Assembly (NCBI GenBank): GCA_035519515.1
Contig: DATIWC010000058.1
Span: 25,960 to 89,959, forward strand
Length of the DNA stretch: 64,000 bases
Source of the DNA: Usitatibacter sp.
GTDB lineage: Bacteria > Pseudomonadota > Gammaproteobacteria > Burkholderiales > Usitatibacteraceae
Direction of reading: 5' to 3'
Under the pieces are notes generated by a model that worked only from the letters and a program-made list of their open reading frames with translations, was not told the origin of the DNA and did no database searches. A program made the position numbers and the translations under genes. Positions 20,123 through 30,934 of this stretch are shown piece after piece (position 1 is the stretch's first letter; every line of letters starts with the position of its first letter).

Positions 20123-22333
20123 ATGGGTTCAATACGCGGAGGTTTCGCCTGGCGCGGGATTTGCGTTGCCTGCGCGGCAGCGGCCATCGCCTTGCCGGCG
20201 CTCGCCGCGGAGCGGCCCAAGATTGGCCTGGTGCTGGGCGGAGGCGGCGCGCGCGGCGGCGCCCACATCGGCGTGCTCGAGGTCCTGGAGCAACTGCGCA
20301 TCCCCGTCGACTGCGTGGCCGGGACGAGCATGGGCGCGCTGGTGGCCGGGGCGTACGTGTCGGGCGTTTCGCCCGAGGACATGCGGGCGAAGATCGGGGC
20401 CACCGACTGGAGCCAGATGTTCAACGACAGCGCGAGCCGCGAGTTCCTCACCTACCGGCGCCGCGAGCTCGACGATCGCTTCATCCCCGGCAGCGAGTTC
20501 GGCGTGACGCCCGAAGGCATGAAGTACCGCGAGGGCGCGGTCGCCGGCGAGAAGGTGAAGCTCTTCTTCGGCGAGCTGGTGCGCGCCGACCTGGGCGAGC
20601 GCAACATCGAGGAGCTCCCGCTGCCGCTCACGCTCATCGCCACCGACATCGTGACGGGCGAGCGCGTCGCCATGCGCAGCGGCAACCTCACCTCCGCGAT
20701 GCGCGCGAGCATGTCGGTGCCGGGTGCGCTGGCGCCCATCGTGCGCGAGGGCCACAAGCTGGTGGACGGCGGCCTCGTCGACAACGTGCCCATCCAGGAA
20801 GTGCGCGACCGCTGCGGCGCGCAGGTGGTGATCGCGGTGAACGTGGGCTCGCCGCTGATGAGGGAAGACCAGGTGAGCGGCGTGGTGAGCGTGGTCGGGC
20901 AGATGGTGAACCTGCTCACCGAGCAGAACGTCTCCAAGTCGCTCGCGCTCTTGAAGCCGACCGACGTGTACATGCGCCCGGAGCTGGGCGACATCACCGC
21001 GGCGAGCTTCGACAAGCAGCTCGAAGCCGCGGAGATCGGCAAGCGCACCGCGCTGGAGCAGGTGGAGAAGCTGCGCAAGCTCTCGGTCTCGCCGGAAGAG
21101 TACCGCGCGTGGAAGTCGAAGCTGCACCTGTCGCCTTCGCCCGCGCCGCCGGTGGTGGACGAGCTGCGCATCGCCGAGACGCGCTTCGTGAATCCGCAGG
21201 AGCTGCGCAGCAACATCCACCAGAAGGAGGGCGAGCCGCTCGACTCGAAGAAGCTGGGCAGCGACCTCCTCCTCATCTACAGCAACGGCGACCTGCAGAC
21301 GCTGGACTACTCGGTGCTGCGCGAGCGCGACAAGACGATCCTGCAGGTCACGCCCATCGAGAAGTCCTGGGGCCCCGACTACCTGCGCTTCGGCCTGAAC
21401 CTCGCCACCGACGTGCAGACGGAATCGCAGTTCAACATCCGCGCCCTGTACCGCAAGACCTGGATCAACTCGTTCGGCGGAGAATTCCTCACGATCTTCC
21501 AGGTAGGCCAGGAGCAGGCGCTGGGCTTCGAGTGGTACCAGCCCGTGACCTACCGCCAGGACTGGTTCGTGCGCCCGTACGCCGGGATCGCGAGCCACGT
21601 GGCGGGCGTCTACTTCAACGGCGACCGCGCCGCCGACTACCTGGTCCGCGAATCCAATGCCGGCGTGGATTTCGGCGCACGGCTGGGCACCTACGGGCAG
21701 GCGAAGGTGGGCTGGATCGAGCGCAAGGAGCGCGCCTCGCTCGAGACCGGGTCGCCTTTGTTGCCCAACGCGGACTTTCGCGTAGGGGGCCTCACGGGCA
21801 ACCTGGACATCGACCAGTACGACCTGCCGTACTTCCCCACGAGCGGCTACAAGGTCAAGGTCGTGTACTTCGACGCGATGAACGTGGCCGAGGTGCAGAA
21901 GTACGGCCGCCTGGAAGGCCGGGTGAGCGGCGCAACTTCCATCCGCGACATCATCCTGCGCGCGAATTTCGAGGCAGGGCGCGCCACGCACGGGAACCTG
22001 CCGGTCGGCGACATGTTCGGCCTTGGCGGCTTCGGGCGCCTGTCGGCGTTCGCCACGAACCAGATCATCGGCCAGAACTACGACCTGGGCACCGCGCAGA
22101 TCGAGTACCGCCTGCTGCGGCCCCTGCCGCTGTTCGGCATCACGGCGAGCGCGGGCGCGACCTACGAGCGCGGCCGCATGAAGGATTCGCCCACCGAGCC
22201 CAGCCTCACGGGCTGGCTCGATTCGTACGGGGTCTATTTCGGCGCCAACACGCCCATCGGCCCCCTGGTGATCGGCTACTCGGACAGCAAGAGCACCAAG
22301 GGCCGCTTCTACATCTACATCGGCACGCCGTAG
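20123..22333 (+). CDS. Patatin-like phospholipase-POTRA-Omp85 fusion (PlpD-like, type Vd), paralogue 2
   Basis: Last 736 aa of listed ORF 17258..22333, starting MGSIRGGFAWRGICVACAAAAIALPALA. Colinear with paralogue 1 and shares the same catalytic motifs. Confidence 0.85.
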   Translation: MGSIRGGFAWRGICVACAAAAIALPALAAERPKIGLVLGGGGARGGAHIGVLEVLEQLRIPVDCVAGTSMGALVAGAYVSGVSPEDMRAKIGATDWSQMFNDSASREFLTYRRRELDDRFIPGSEFGVTPEGMKYREGAVAGEKVKLFFGELVRADLGERNIEELPLPLTLIATDIVTGERVAMRSGNLTSAMRASMSVPGALAPIVREGHKLVDGGLVDNVPIQEVRDRCGAQVVIAVNVGSPLMREDQVSGVVSVVGQMVNLLTEQNVSKSLALLKPTDVYMRPELGDITAASFDKQLEAAEIGKRTALEQVEKLRKLSVSPEEYRAWKSKLHLSPSPAPPVVDELRIAETRFVNPQELRSNIHQKEGEPLDSKKLGSDLLLIYSNGDLQTLDYSVLRERDKTILQVTPIEKSWGPDYLRFGLNLATDVQTESQFNIRALYRKTWINSFGGEFLTIFQVGQEQALGFEWYQPVTYRQDWFVRPYAGIASHVAGVYFNGDRAADYLVRESNAGVDFGARLGTYGQAKVGWIERKERASLETGSPLLPNADFRVGGLTGNLDIDQYDLPYFPTSGYKVKVVYFDAMNVAEVQKYGRLEGRVSGATSIRDIILRANFEAGRATHGNLPVGDMFGLGGFGRLSAFATNQIIGQNYDLGTAQIEYRLLRPLPLFGITASAGATYERGRMKDSPTEPSLTGWLDSYGVYFGANTPIGPLVIGYSDSKSTKGRFYIYIGTP

Positions 22334-22336
22334 CCC

Positions 22337-23974
22337 TCAGCTTTTCCCGGGCGCCTCGGCCGGCGGCGTGAACCAACGCGCCCTCGGGACCAGCTTCGCC
22401 TGCTCGGGATCCGCGAAGTAGTGCGGCGACATGATCTGCACGCCGTGCTCGTTGAAGACGTCCTGGATGTTCTCGTGCAGGCGGCTGATGAGCTCCGCAC
22501 GCGGCTGGGCGCCCTGCGGACGGGCGTGCACCACCAGCCGGTAGTCCACGTAGAAATCGGAGAGGGCCATCTGCAGCACGCGCGGCGCGGGCTCGGGAAG
22601 CACGCCCGGCGTGCGGCGCGCCGCCTCCTGCAGCATCGCGTGCACCTGGCGCCACGGCGCGTCGTAGCCGATGGTCGCGGTCGCGTGGATCACGAAGCCC
22701 GAGGGCGTGTCGCGCGAGAAGTTGCGCGTGACCGACGAGAGGATCGTCGCGTTGGGCAGCACCACTTCCTCGGCGAGCCCGGTGCGCAGCCGCGTCTGGT
22801 ACATGCCGATCTCGGTGACCGTGCCCTCGTGCTCGCCGATGCGCACGAACTCGCCCACGCGGAAGGTGCGCGTGTACATGATGATCAGGCCCGAGAGCGC
22901 CTGGCCCACCACGTTCGCGCCGCCCAGCGAGACCATGAGGCCCACCAGCACCGAGATGCCCTTGAACGCGTCGGTGCTGGCGCCCGGCAGGTACGGATAG
23001 GCCATCACGAGCGCGAGCAGCCAGATGCCGATGACCGCGAGGCGCCGCGTGGGCCTCGCCGTGTCGGCATCGAGCCACCCCGCCTCGACGTGCCCGCGCT
23101 CCACGCGCCCGAAGAAGCCTTTCACCCCGCCCGCGACGAACCATGCGATCACGAAGATGAGGGCGGCGACCAGCAGGTCGGGGATGGCTCGCGCGATCGC
23201 CGTGGCGAGATCCTCCACGGTCGCGATGAGGAACCCGGTGAGCCGCTCTCCCCAGGGGCGCGTGTACGGGAAGAGCTGGAGGGTGCGGCCGGCCCACTCG
23301 TACGTGAGGAGCAGCGCCAGCAGCCAGTAGAGGAGCGAAATCGCCGCGCGCAGCAGCCCGACGAATCGCTCTCCCTCGACGAGGCGCACGCCGGCCACGG
23401 CGAAGTGCTTGGCGTGGCGCGCCGCGCGCGAGGCGATGCCCACGAAAGCCACGCGGCGCGCGCGAACCAGGGCCCAGAGCAACACGAGGTAGATCACGAG
23501 GCCGGCCGCCGCATACGCCCCGGCGAGGAGCATCGCACGGACGTCGCGGACCTCGCTCGTCTCGGTGATCGCGTGGGCCAGGCGCTCCGCGGCCGCCTGC
23601 GCGGTCGCCTCGAGTCCCAGGGCCTTCGGCACGTCGGCATCCGCGGGCGTGACCAGGAAGGCGAGGGCGTCGTCGACCTTCACCGCGACGCCTTGCGGCG
23701 TGGCCTCCGTCCCGACCTTTCCGGGGCCCCCGCGCTGCAGGAGCGATTCGATGCGGGCCTGCGACTGCTGCGCGCGGTCGGCGGGCGAGTATCCCAGATA
23801 AGTCCCGCGGAAAGTGAGCACCGGCCGGTTCATCACGACAAGCGTCGCGGGACGTCCCTCGGGGAACGACGCAGGGGAAGCGGGCGCCGCGGGCTGCGGC
23901 GCCTGCGCCCACGCAGCCGCCGCGCACGCGAGCAGGCTCGCGCCCGCCCAGCTCGCCAACACGCGCCTCAGCAT
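22337..23974 (-). CDS. Mechanosensitive ion channel family protein (MscS-like, with N-terminal periplasmic extension)
   Basis: GANVVGQALSGLIIMYTRTFRVGEFVRIGEHEGTVTEIGMYQTRLRT…VVLPNATILSSVTRNFS matches the MscS pore/beta-domain signature. Start set at ATG 23974 (signal-like MLRRVLASWAGASLLACAAAAWA), overlapping the DUF2007 stop. Confidence 0.85.
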   Translation of the reverse strand: MLRRVLASWAGASLLACAAAAWAQAPQPAAPASPASFPEGRPATLVVMNRPVLTFRGTYLGYSPADRAQQSQARIESLLQRGGPGKVGTEATPQGVAVKVDDALAFLVTPADADVPKALGLEATAQAAAERLAHAITETSEVRDVRAMLLAGAYAAAGLVIYLVLLWALVRARRVAFVGIASRAARHAKHFAVAGVRLVEGERFVGLLRAAISLLYWLLALLLTYEWAGRTLQLFPYTRPWGERLTGFLIATVEDLATAIARAIPDLLVAALIFVIAWFVAGGVKGFFGRVERGHVEAGWLDADTARPTRRLAVIGIWLLALVMAYPYLPGASTDAFKGISVLVGLMVSLGGANVVGQALSGLIIMYTRTFRVGEFVRIGEHEGTVTEIGMYQTRLRTGLAEEVVLPNATILSSVTRNFSRDTPSGFVIHATATIGYDAPWRQVHAMLQEAARRTPGVLPEPAPRVLQMALSDFYVDYRLVVHARPQGAQPRAELISRLHENIQDVFNEHGVQIMSPHYFADPEQAKLVPRARWFTPPAEAPGKS

Positions 23975-24282
23975 GCCTCGAGCCCCGCCCCGCACGACCA
24001 GCAAAGGTCGAAGGAGCGGGGGTTCTCCTCGCCGCACGCGGGGCAGCGCCGCGGCGCGCCCGCCGGCGCGGGGCGCAGGAACTCCTCGATCATCTCGCGC
24101 GCGCGCGCCGCGTTGGCCGGGTCCACGACCCAGAGCTGCGGCAGCGCGGCCTCGTACGGCACCTCGCCCATCACGCTCGAGGCGTTGGCGTTGAAGATGC
24201 GCGCGCGGATGCCGCGGTCGGCGAGCAGGTCCGCGAGGAGGTGGGCCTCCGGCAGGTTCGAAGCGGTGTAGACCCGCTTCAG
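23968..24282 (-). CDS. DUF2007-domain protein with C-terminal CxxC…CxxC zinc-ribbon
   Basis: (L)[30 protein letters not shown] matches the usual DUF2007 N-terminus as I recall it (MKxxYxAxNxxEAxLLxxLLExxGI). It ends CPACGEENPRSFDLCWSCG. The only codon at the homologous start position is a CTG overlapping the upstream TGA, so the start is uncertain. Confidence 0.6.
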   Translation of the reverse strand: MKRVYTASNLPEAHLLADLLADRGIRARIFNANASSVMGEVPYEAALPQLWVVDPANAARAREMIEEFLRPAPAGAPRRCPACGEENPRSFDLCWSCGAGLEAC

Positions 24283-26183
24283 AACTGGTACGACAGCATG
24301 CCCGTCACGCCGTCGTCCTTCATGCCCGAGCGTCCCGACACGGTGTAGTACGCGAGGCTCACGCCGATCTGCTTCATGAGCGTGCCGCGGATGCCGATGG
24401 CACTCGTCACGAAGCTGTTGTCGAACTGGTAGGCGGGGATGTCGTACGTGTTGTTCGACGCGAGCGAGAGCGGGCGCGCGCTCACCATGCGCAGGTCGTC
24501 CTTGCGCTCCTTGTCGGCCGTCACGCGCAGCCACGGCGTCCAGTCGCCGATCGGGTAGGAGGCGTGCACGCCGACGCTCCACACCTCGGAGCGGCGCGAC
24601 TGCTCCTCGATGTGCAGGTTGGCGGAGGCGGCGCCGGATTCGTCGAACGCGTTCACCGTCACGTTCTGCGAGTTGACGGAGACGAGCGGGCCCAGCCAGA
24701 GGCCGGCGACCTTGAAGTCGTAGCCGCCCTCGACGAAGGCCGAGGCGTTGCTCCCCGAGGGGCTGGCGGTGGCGGTGCGCATCGAGGTGCCCAGCGTGAT
24801 GTTGCGGTGCAGGCCGCTGTAGTCCACGTTGCCGACCGACACGATCGCCGTGCCGTAGAAGCCGCCGTAGTCGAAGCGGCCGAAGGCCGAGACCACGTTC
24901 TCCTTGGCGCGGTAGCTGCCCATGTCGCCGCCGAAGGAGGCGTCGCTCGTGCCGTGCCCGTACGCGAGGCCGAGGATCACGGTCTCGGAGACGCGCGCGG
25001 TGAAGCCGAGGGTCGCCGTATTGCCGTCGGAACTCAGGCCCGACATGCCGACGCTGGAATCCACGTCGAACTTGCCGCGGTCGTAGGTGGCGAACACGGA
25101 CATCTTGCCGATGTCGGCGCGCGAGCCGCTGCCCAGGCCCTCGTAGATGCCGCGCCGTTGCCCGTCGCGCATGGCGATCGGCGTCTCGGCGAGCAGGGAG
25201 TAGGCCGTCGGCCCCTCGATCATCGACTCGACGAATTCCGCGATGAGCTGGTGGCCCGCGGTCGTGGGGTGCACGCCGTCGGCGAAGAGGAAGGTCTGCG
25301 CGGCGTTCGGCGTGAGCGTGTTGCCCGGCGGGCAGAAGAGCGCGTCGGGCGCCGAGGAGAACGGCGGGAAGGGCTTGCACGCCGGGACCGTGACGTTGGT
25401 GAAGCCGTAGGTCGAGGGGCTCGCGGCGATCTCGCTGAAGAACGTGTACGAATCCACCGGGATCACGCGCAGCCCCGCCGAGGCGAGGCCGGTGAAGAGC
25501 GCGGTGTTGAAGCCGGCCGAGGCCTGCGTGGCGCCGGCGGAGGCGGCCGCGCCCGCGGCCGTGAAGGCCGGCGTGCCGCCGATGTTGGGCAGGCCGAATA
25601 CCACGATGTAGCGCGCGCCGGCGGCCGAGAGCCGCCCGATCTGCTGGATCTCGGCGCCCGCCGCGCCCTGGATGATGCCGCTCACCTGGTCGGGGGGAAT
25701 GAGCCCGGCGCCCGCGCCCTGGATGGTCTGGATCACGTCGTTGGCGCCGCCCCACACCGCGTAGAGGGTGCGCGAATCGGCCGCGCCGCCCGTGTGGGCG
25801 AGGTATTCGCCCACCTGGGTGCTCACGGGCCGCTGCGCGGCGCCCGGGGGCGTGGAGGCGGAGCTCGTCGCGACGCGCGCGCCGCCCTGCGCATAGTCGA
25901 GGCCGCCCGAAACGTTGCTCGGCGCCACCGGGCCCAGGCCCAGGTCGCTCGACAGCACTTCGGCCCAGATCGGGCCGGGGCTGGTGGTGAAGCGGCCCAG
26001 CACGGGCACGAGCGTGGCGGGCACGCCGATCTGCGCGAGGAAGGGGCGGTAGTAGCCGGCGTCCGACAGGCTGTCGCCGAACACCACGAAACCGTTGAAT
26101 TGCTGGGCACCCGCGGTGGTCGCGCCGGCACCGGCGAAGAGCGACATCAGCAGGGCGGGAAGGATGCGTTTGTTGGTTTTCAT
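24279..26183 (-). CDS. GDSL/SGNH esterase-lipase autotransporter (EstA-like, type Va)
   Basis: Signal peptide [21 protein letters not shown], then [12 protein letters not shown] (GDSL block I). C-terminal beta-barrel domain ends …GMLSYQF. Start set at ATG 26183, which follows a GAGGAGAGG Shine-Dalgarno (SD). Confidence 0.85.
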   Translation of the reverse strand: MKTNKRILPALLMSLFAGAGATTAGAQQFNGFVVFGDSLSDAGYYRPFLAQIGVPATLVPVLGRFTTSPGPIWAEVLSSDLGLGPVAPSNVSGGLDYAQGGARVATSSASTPPGAAQRPVSTQVGEYLAHTGGAADSRTLYAVWGGANDVIQTIQGAGAGLIPPDQVSGIIQGAAGAEIQQIGRLSAAGARYIVVFGLPNIGGTPAFTAAGAAASAGATQASAGFNTALFTGLASAGLRVIPVDSYTFFSEIAASPSTYGFTNVTVPACKPFPPFSSAPDALFCPPGNTLTPNAAQTFLFADGVHPTTAGHQLIAEFVESMIEGPTAYSLLAETPIAMRDGQRRGIYEGLGSGSRADIGKMSVFATYDRGKFDVDSSVGMSGLSSDGNTATLGFTARVSETVILGLAYGHGTSDASFGGDMGSYRAKENVVSAFGRFDYGGFYGTAIVSVGNVDYSGLHRNITLGTSMRTATASPSGSNASAFVEGGYDFKVAGLWLGPLVSVNSQNVTVNAFDESGAASANLHIEEQSRRSEVWSVGVHASYPIGDWTPWLRVTADKERKDDLRMVSARPLSLASNNTYDIPAYQFDNSFVTSAIGIRGTLMKQIGVSLAYYTVSGRSGMKDDGVTGMLSYQF

Positions 26184-26220
26184 GAGGCCTCTCCTCGGGG
26201 TTTTTTCGAATCTTCGCATA

Positions 26221-27045
26221 TCAATAGACGCGCCGCACGAGATGCGCCTCGTGCAGCATGTGGGTGGCGATCTCCTCGATGGACTTGGTGGTCGAGTCGA
26301 GGTAGGGGATGCCCGCCTGCCGCATGAGCTTCTCGGCCGCAGACACCTCGTAGCGGCAGTTGTCGAGCGCGGCGTAGCGCGAATCCGGGCGGCGCTCGCT
26401 GCGGATGTGGTGCAGGCGCTCCGGCGAGATGGACAGGCCCCAGACCTTCTGCTTGAGGCCGGCGAGCGAGCCGGGCAGGCGGTTCGCCTCGAGGTCCTCG
26501 GGGATCAGGGGGTAGTTGGCCGCCTTGATGCCGAACTGCATCGCCATGTAGAGGCAGGTGGGGGTCTTTCCGCTGCGCGAGACGCCCACCAGCACGATGT
26601 CGGCTTCCTCCAGCCCGCGGTGGGTCACGCCGTCGTCGTGCGAGAGCGTGTAGTTGATCGCCTCGATGCGGTGGTTGTAGTCCTTCACGTTCGAGACGCT
26701 GTGCGTGCGGCCCACGGCGTGCAGGCTCTTCACGCCGAGCTCGTTCTCGAGCGGCACGATGAAGCGCTCGAAGACGTCGAGCACCAGCCCGTCGGCCTTG
26801 TTGATCTCGGCGCGCACGGCGTCGTCCACGATGGAGCTGAAGACGAGCGGGCGCTGCCCCGATTCGCGATGCGCCTCGTTGATCTGGGCCACGGACTCGT
26901 GCGCCTTGTCCACCGAGTCGATGAAGGGCAGGGTCACGCGGGTGAAGTTGAGGTCGCCGAACTGCGTGAGCAGCGACGAGCCGAGGGCCTCGACCGTGAT
27001 GCCGGTGCGGTCGGAAACGAAGAAGACGCGCTTGCGGGGGGGCAT
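26221..27045 (-). CDS. ppsR: PEP synthase regulatory protein (bifunctional kinase/pyrophosphorylase, DUF299)
   Basis: 274 aa. [15 protein letters not shown]-loop [13 protein letters not shown]. Divergent from ppsA, as is typical. Confidence 0.9.
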   Translation of the reverse strand: MPPRKRVFFVSDRTGITVEALGSSLLTQFGDLNFTRVTLPFIDSVDKAHESVAQINEAHRESGQRPLVFSSIVDDAVRAEINKADGLVLDVFERFIVPLENELGVKSLHAVGRTHSVSNVKDYNHRIEAINYTLSHDDGVTHRGLEEADIVLVGVSRSGKTPTCLYMAMQFGIKAANYPLIPEDLEANRLPGSLAGLKQKVWGLSISPERLHHIRSERRPDSRYAALDNCRYEVSAAEKLMRQAGIPYLDSTTKSIEEIATHMLHEAHLVRRVY

Positions 27046-27130
27046 GGCGGGGGATCGGTGGGGATCGGGGACTTAGCGTCGCTTATAATTACAAATTCCC
27101 TCCCGCACGTCACCCGAAAACCTCGCGCCC

Positions 27131-29518
27131 ATGGCGAACCGCTACGTCCTTCCCCTCGAGACGCTCCGCATGACCGATGTCGCCTCCGTGGGCGGCAAGA
27201 ACGCCTCGCTGGGGGAGCTCATCAGCCAGCTTGCCGCGGCCGGCGTGCGCGTCCCGGGCGGCTTCGCCACCACGGCGCAGGCCTTCGACGACTTCGTGGC
27301 GCACAACCGCCTGGCCGCGGCCATCGACGGCCTGCTCAAGGAAACCGACGTGAACGACGTCCAGGCGCTCGCAAGAGCGGGTGCCGCGATCCGGGCGATG
27401 GTCGAGAAGGCGGCGTTCCCGGCGGAGCTCGAGCGGCAGGTCCGCGAGGAGTACGCGCGCGTTTCCGCCGGTTCCGGGGAGGCCAGTTTCGCAGTGCGGT
27501 CCTCCGCCACGGCCGAGGACCTGCCGGACGCCTCCTTCGCCGGGCAGCAGGAGACCTACCTCAACATCCGCGGCATCGAGAACATCCTCGAGGCGGTGCG
27601 CCGCGTGTTCGCGTCGCTCTACAACGACCGTGCCATCGCCTACCGCGTGCACAAGGGCTTCTCGCACGCGCAGGTGTCGATCTCCGCCGGCGTGCAGCGC
27701 ATGGTGAGGAGCGACACGGGTGCCGCCGGCGTCATGTTCACCATGGACACCGAGTCGGGCTTCCGCGAGGTCGTGTTCATCACCTCGAGCTACGGGCTGG
27801 GCGAGATGGTGGTGCAGGGCGCGGTGAACCCGGACGAGTATTACGTCTCGAAGCTGTGCCTCGCCAACGGCAAGCCCGCCATCCTGCGCCGCTCGCTGGG
27901 CGGCAAGGCGCTCAAGATGGTGTTCGGCGGCGAGGCGCAGGCCGGCCGCTCGGTGCAGCAGGTGGAGGTGGCCGCCGCCGACCGCGACCGCTTTTCGCTC
28001 GACGACCGCGAGGTCGAGGAGCTCGCGAGCTACGCGGTCGCGATCGAGAAGCACTACGGCCGGCCCATGGACATCGAGTGGGGCCGCGACGGCGGCGACG
28101 GCAGGATCTACATCCTGCAGGCGCGCCCCGAGACGGTGAAGAGCCAGGAGCAGCGCCGCGACACGCTCACGCGCTACCGCATCGGCAAGCGCGGCGAGGT
28201 GCTCGCCACGGGACGCGCCATCGGCTCGAAGATCGGCCAGGGCAAGGTGCGCAACATCATGGACGTCTCGCAGATCGGCCGCGTGCAGGAAGGCGACGTG
28301 CTGGTCACCGACATGACCGACCCCAACTGGGAGCCGGTGATGAAGCGCGCCTCGGCCATCGTCACCAACCGCGGCGGGCGCACGTGCCACGCGGCGATCA
28401 TCGCGCGCGAGCTGGGCGTGCCCGCGGTGGTGGGCTGCGAGGACGCGACCGAGAAGCTCGCCGACGGCGCCGAGGTGACGGTGTCCTGCGCCGAGGGCGA
28501 CACGGGCTACATCTACGGCGGGCGCACGGAGTTCGAGGCGGTCCAGGTGGAGCTCGCCCGGATGCCGCAGATCCCGGTGAAGATCGCGATGAACGTCGGC
28601 AACCCGCAGCTCGCGTTCGACTTCTGCCAGCTTCCCAACGAGGGCGTGGGCCTCGCGCGCCTCGAGTTCATCATCGCCAACAACATCGGCGTGCATCCCA
28701 AGGCGTGCCTCGAGTTCGCCTCGCTCCCCGCGGACCTCAAGGCCCAGGTGGTGCGCCAGTCGCGCGGCTACGAGAGCCCGGTGCGCTTCTACGTGGAAAA
28801 GATCGCCGAGGGCGTGGCCACCATCGCGGCGGCCTTCTGGCCGAAGAAGGTGATCGTGCGCATGTCGGACTTCAAGTCCAACGAGTACCGCAACCTGATC
28901 GGCGGCGCGCGCTACGAGCCCAACGAGGAGAACCCGATGCTGGGCTTCCGCGGCGCCTCGCGCTACATCGCCGCGTCGTTCCGCGAATGCTTCCGCCTCG
29001 AATGCGAGGCGATGCGCAAGGTGCGCGACGCCATGGGCCTCACCAACGTGGAGCTCATGATCCCGTTCGTGCGCACCGTGAAGGAAGGCGAGCAGGTCCT
29101 CGCGATCATGCGCGAGTACGGCCTGGAGCGCGGCAGGAACGGCCTGCGCGTGGTGATGATGTGCGAGATCCCGTCGAATGCGATCCTCGCCGACGAGTTC
29201 CTGCGCCACTTCGACGGCTTCTCCATCGGCTCCAACGACATGACGCAGATGACGCTCGCCCTGGACCGCGACTCCGGCCTCGTGATGGACGCCTTCGACG
29301 AGCGCGATGCGGCGGTGAAGCGCATGCTGCACCTCGCGATCCAGGCCTGCCGCAAGGCCAACAAGTACGTGGGCATCTGCGGGCAGGGCCCCAGCGACTA
29401 CCCCGACCTCGCCGAATGGCTGATGGCCGAGGGGATCGAGTCGATGTCGCTCAACCCGGACACCGTGGTGGAGACGTGGCTGCATCTTTCGAGGGCAGCC
29501 AACAAAGTCGCGACCTGA
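27131..29518 (+). CDS. ppsA: Phosphoenolpyruvate synthase
   Basis: 795 aa. ATP-grasp N-domain, phospho-His motif [16 protein letters not shown]-terminal PEP-utiliser TIM barrel (SIGSNDMTQ). Confidence 0.95.
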   Translation: MANRYVLPLETLRMTDVASVGGKNASLGELISQLAAAGVRVPGGFATTAQAFDDFVAHNRLAAAIDGLLKETDVNDVQALARAGAAIRAMVEKAAFPAELERQVREEYARVSAGSGEASFAVRSSATAEDLPDASFAGQQETYLNIRGIENILEAVRRVFASLYNDRAIAYRVHKGFSHAQVSISAGVQRMVRSDTGAAGVMFTMDTESGFREVVFITSSYGLGEMVVQGAVNPDEYYVSKLCLANGKPAILRRSLGGKALKMVFGGEAQAGRSVQQVEVAAADRDRFSLDDREVEELASYAVAIEKHYGRPMDIEWGRDGGDGRIYILQARPETVKSQEQRRDTLTRYRIGKRGEVLATGRAIGSKIGQGKVRNIMDVSQIGRVQEGDVLVTDMTDPNWEPVMKRASAIVTNRGGRTCHAAIIARELGVPAVVGCEDATEKLADGAEVTVSCAEGDTGYIYGGRTEFEAVQVELARMPQIPVKIAMNVGNPQLAFDFCQLPNEGVGLARLEFIIANNIGVHPKACLEFASLPADLKAQVVRQSRGYESPVRFYVEKIAEGVATIAAAFWPKKVIVRMSDFKSNEYRNLIGGARYEPNEENPMLGFRGASRYIAASFRECFRLECEAMRKVRDAMGLTNVELMIPFVRTVKEGEQVLAIMREYGLERGRNGLRVVMMCEIPSNAILADEFLRHFDGFSIGSNDMTQMTLALDRDSGLVMDAFDERDAAVKRMLHLAIQACRKANKYVGICGQGPSDYPDLAEWLMAEGIESMSLNPDTVVETWLHLSRAANKVAT

Positions 29519-29961
29519 TGCACTGGCACTTCGCCAAGTTCGACGAGCTCTCCCCGCGCGACATCCACGATCTCTTCCAGGCGCGCGTGGCGGTGTTCGT
29601 GCTGGAGCAGAAGTGCCCCTTCCAGGACGTCGACGGCGCCGATCCGCACTGCTGGCACCTGATCGGCCGCGATTCGCCCGGCGGCGAGGTGCTCGCCTAT
29701 TGCCGCCTCGTGCCGCCGGGCGTGAAGTATCCCGAGCCCTCGATCGGGCGCGTGCTCACGACGGCGGGTGCGCGCGGCTCGGGCGCGGGACGCCGCCTCA
29801 TGGCCGAGGCGCTCGCGCGCTGCGAGAGGCTCTGGCCCGGCCAGCCGTTGAGGATCGGGGCGCAGCAATACCTCGAGCGCTTCTACGGCGACTACGGCTT
29901 CGCGCGCAGCTCCGAGCCCTACGACGAGGACGGCATCATGCACATCGAAATGGTTCGATAG
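29518..29961 (+). CDS. elaA: GNAT family N-acetyltransferase (ElaA-like)
   Basis: 147 aa at the end of listed ORF 26095..29961. …[24 protein letters not shown]… and …[14 protein letters not shown]…EDGIMHIEM are colinear with E. coli ElaA as I recall it. The ATG overlaps the ppsA TGA by 1 nt. Confidence 0.8.
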   Translation: MHWHFAKFDELSPRDIHDLFQARVAVFVLEQKCPFQDVDGADPHCWHLIGRDSPGGEVLAYCRLVPPGVKYPEPSIGRVLTTAGARGSGAGRRLMAEALARCERLWPGQPLRIGAQQYLERFYGDYGFARSSEPYDEDGIMHIEMVR

Positions 29962-29974
29962 CGAGGCAGGCACA

Positions 29975-30766
29975 ATGAGCCAGCAGCTGAAGGGCAAGTC
30001 GGCGGTCGTGACGGGATCCACCAGCGGCATCGGGCAGGGCATCGCCGAGCTCTACGCGCGCGAAGGCGCCAGCGTGATGCTGAACGGGTTCGGCGACGCG
30101 GGTGCCATCGAGGCCCTTCGCGCGAGGCTCGAGCGCGAGTGCAAGGTCGCCGTGGACTACCACCCGGCGGACATGTCGAAGCCCGCCGAGATCGAGGCGA
30201 TGATGCAGCGCGCCGCCGGGCGTTTCGGCGGCGTGGACATCCTCGTGAACAACGCGGGCATCCAGTACGTGGCGCCCGTGGACGAGTTTCCCCCGGAGCG
30301 CTGGGACGCGATCATCGCGATCAACCTCACCTCGGCGTTCCACGCCACGCGGCTCGCGCTGCCGCACATGAAGCGCAAGCGCTGGGGCCGCATCATCAAC
30401 ATCGCCTCCGCCCACGGGCTGGTGGCCTCGCCCAACAAGAGCGCCTACGTCGCGGCCAAGCACGGCATCGTGGGATTCACCAAGACCGTGGCCCTCGAGG
30501 TGGCGGAGCTCGGCATCACGGCCAACTCCATCTGTCCCGGCTTCGTGCACACGCCGCTCGTGGAGAAGCAGATCCAGGATCGCGCGCGCGAGCGCGGCAT
30601 CACGCCCGAGCGCGCCGCGAAGGACGTGATCCTCGAGCCGCAGCCCACCAAGGAGTTCGTGAAGATCGAGGAGATCGCGGCCATGGCCCTCTACCTCGCG
30701 GGCCCCATGGCCGCGTCGATCAACGGCGCCGCCATGTCCGTGGACGGCGGCTGGACCGCGCGCTAG
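29975..30766 (+). CDS. bdhA: D-beta-hydroxybutyrate dehydrogenase (SDR)
   Basis: VVTGSTSGIG, NNAGIQ, IINIASAHGLVASPNKSAYVAAKHGIVGFTK and a C-terminal SVDGGWTAR are characteristic of BdhA. Confidence 0.9.
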   Translation: MSQQLKGKSAVVTGSTSGIGQGIAELYAREGASVMLNGFGDAGAIEALRARLERECKVAVDYHPADMSKPAEIEAMMQRAAGRFGGVDILVNNAGIQYVAPVDEFPPERWDAIIAINLTSAFHATRLALPHMKRKRWGRIINIASAHGLVASPNKSAYVAAKHGIVGFTKTVALEVAELGITANSICPGFVHTPLVEKQIQDRARERGITPERAAKDVILEPQPTKEFVKIEEIAAMALYLAGPMAASINGAAMSVDGGWTAR

Positions 30767-30934
30767 ATGCTGCGCCGGCGCAAGCGCTCCTCGCGCGGCC
30801 CGCGTCCGCAGCCGTTCGCGGCCGCTGCGGCGCCGGCTGTCCCGGCTGCGGCTGCGCCGCGCACGCGCCGCCGCGCCCGTGAGGGAGCGCCCGTCCCGAC
30901 GGAGCTCAAGCTCGACCGCGCGCAGGCCGAAGAG

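Noticed and set aside
17258-22333. 1691-aa + ORF apparently spanning hupE to the second patatin gene
   Set aside because: Only the last 736 codons (from ATG 20123) make a coherent protein, with a signal peptide and a patatin domain. The upstream part is an alternative frame across hupE and plpD-like 1. The same logic applies to 26095..29961 (only the elaA part is real), 5343..6800, 6032..8011, 13480..14451, 14810..16447, 15526..17148 and 15978..17795.
24251-24262. GGTTCGAAGC string resembling a tRNA T-arm
   Set aside because: It lies inside the DUF2007 coding frame and has no flanking acceptor or anticodon stem complementarity.
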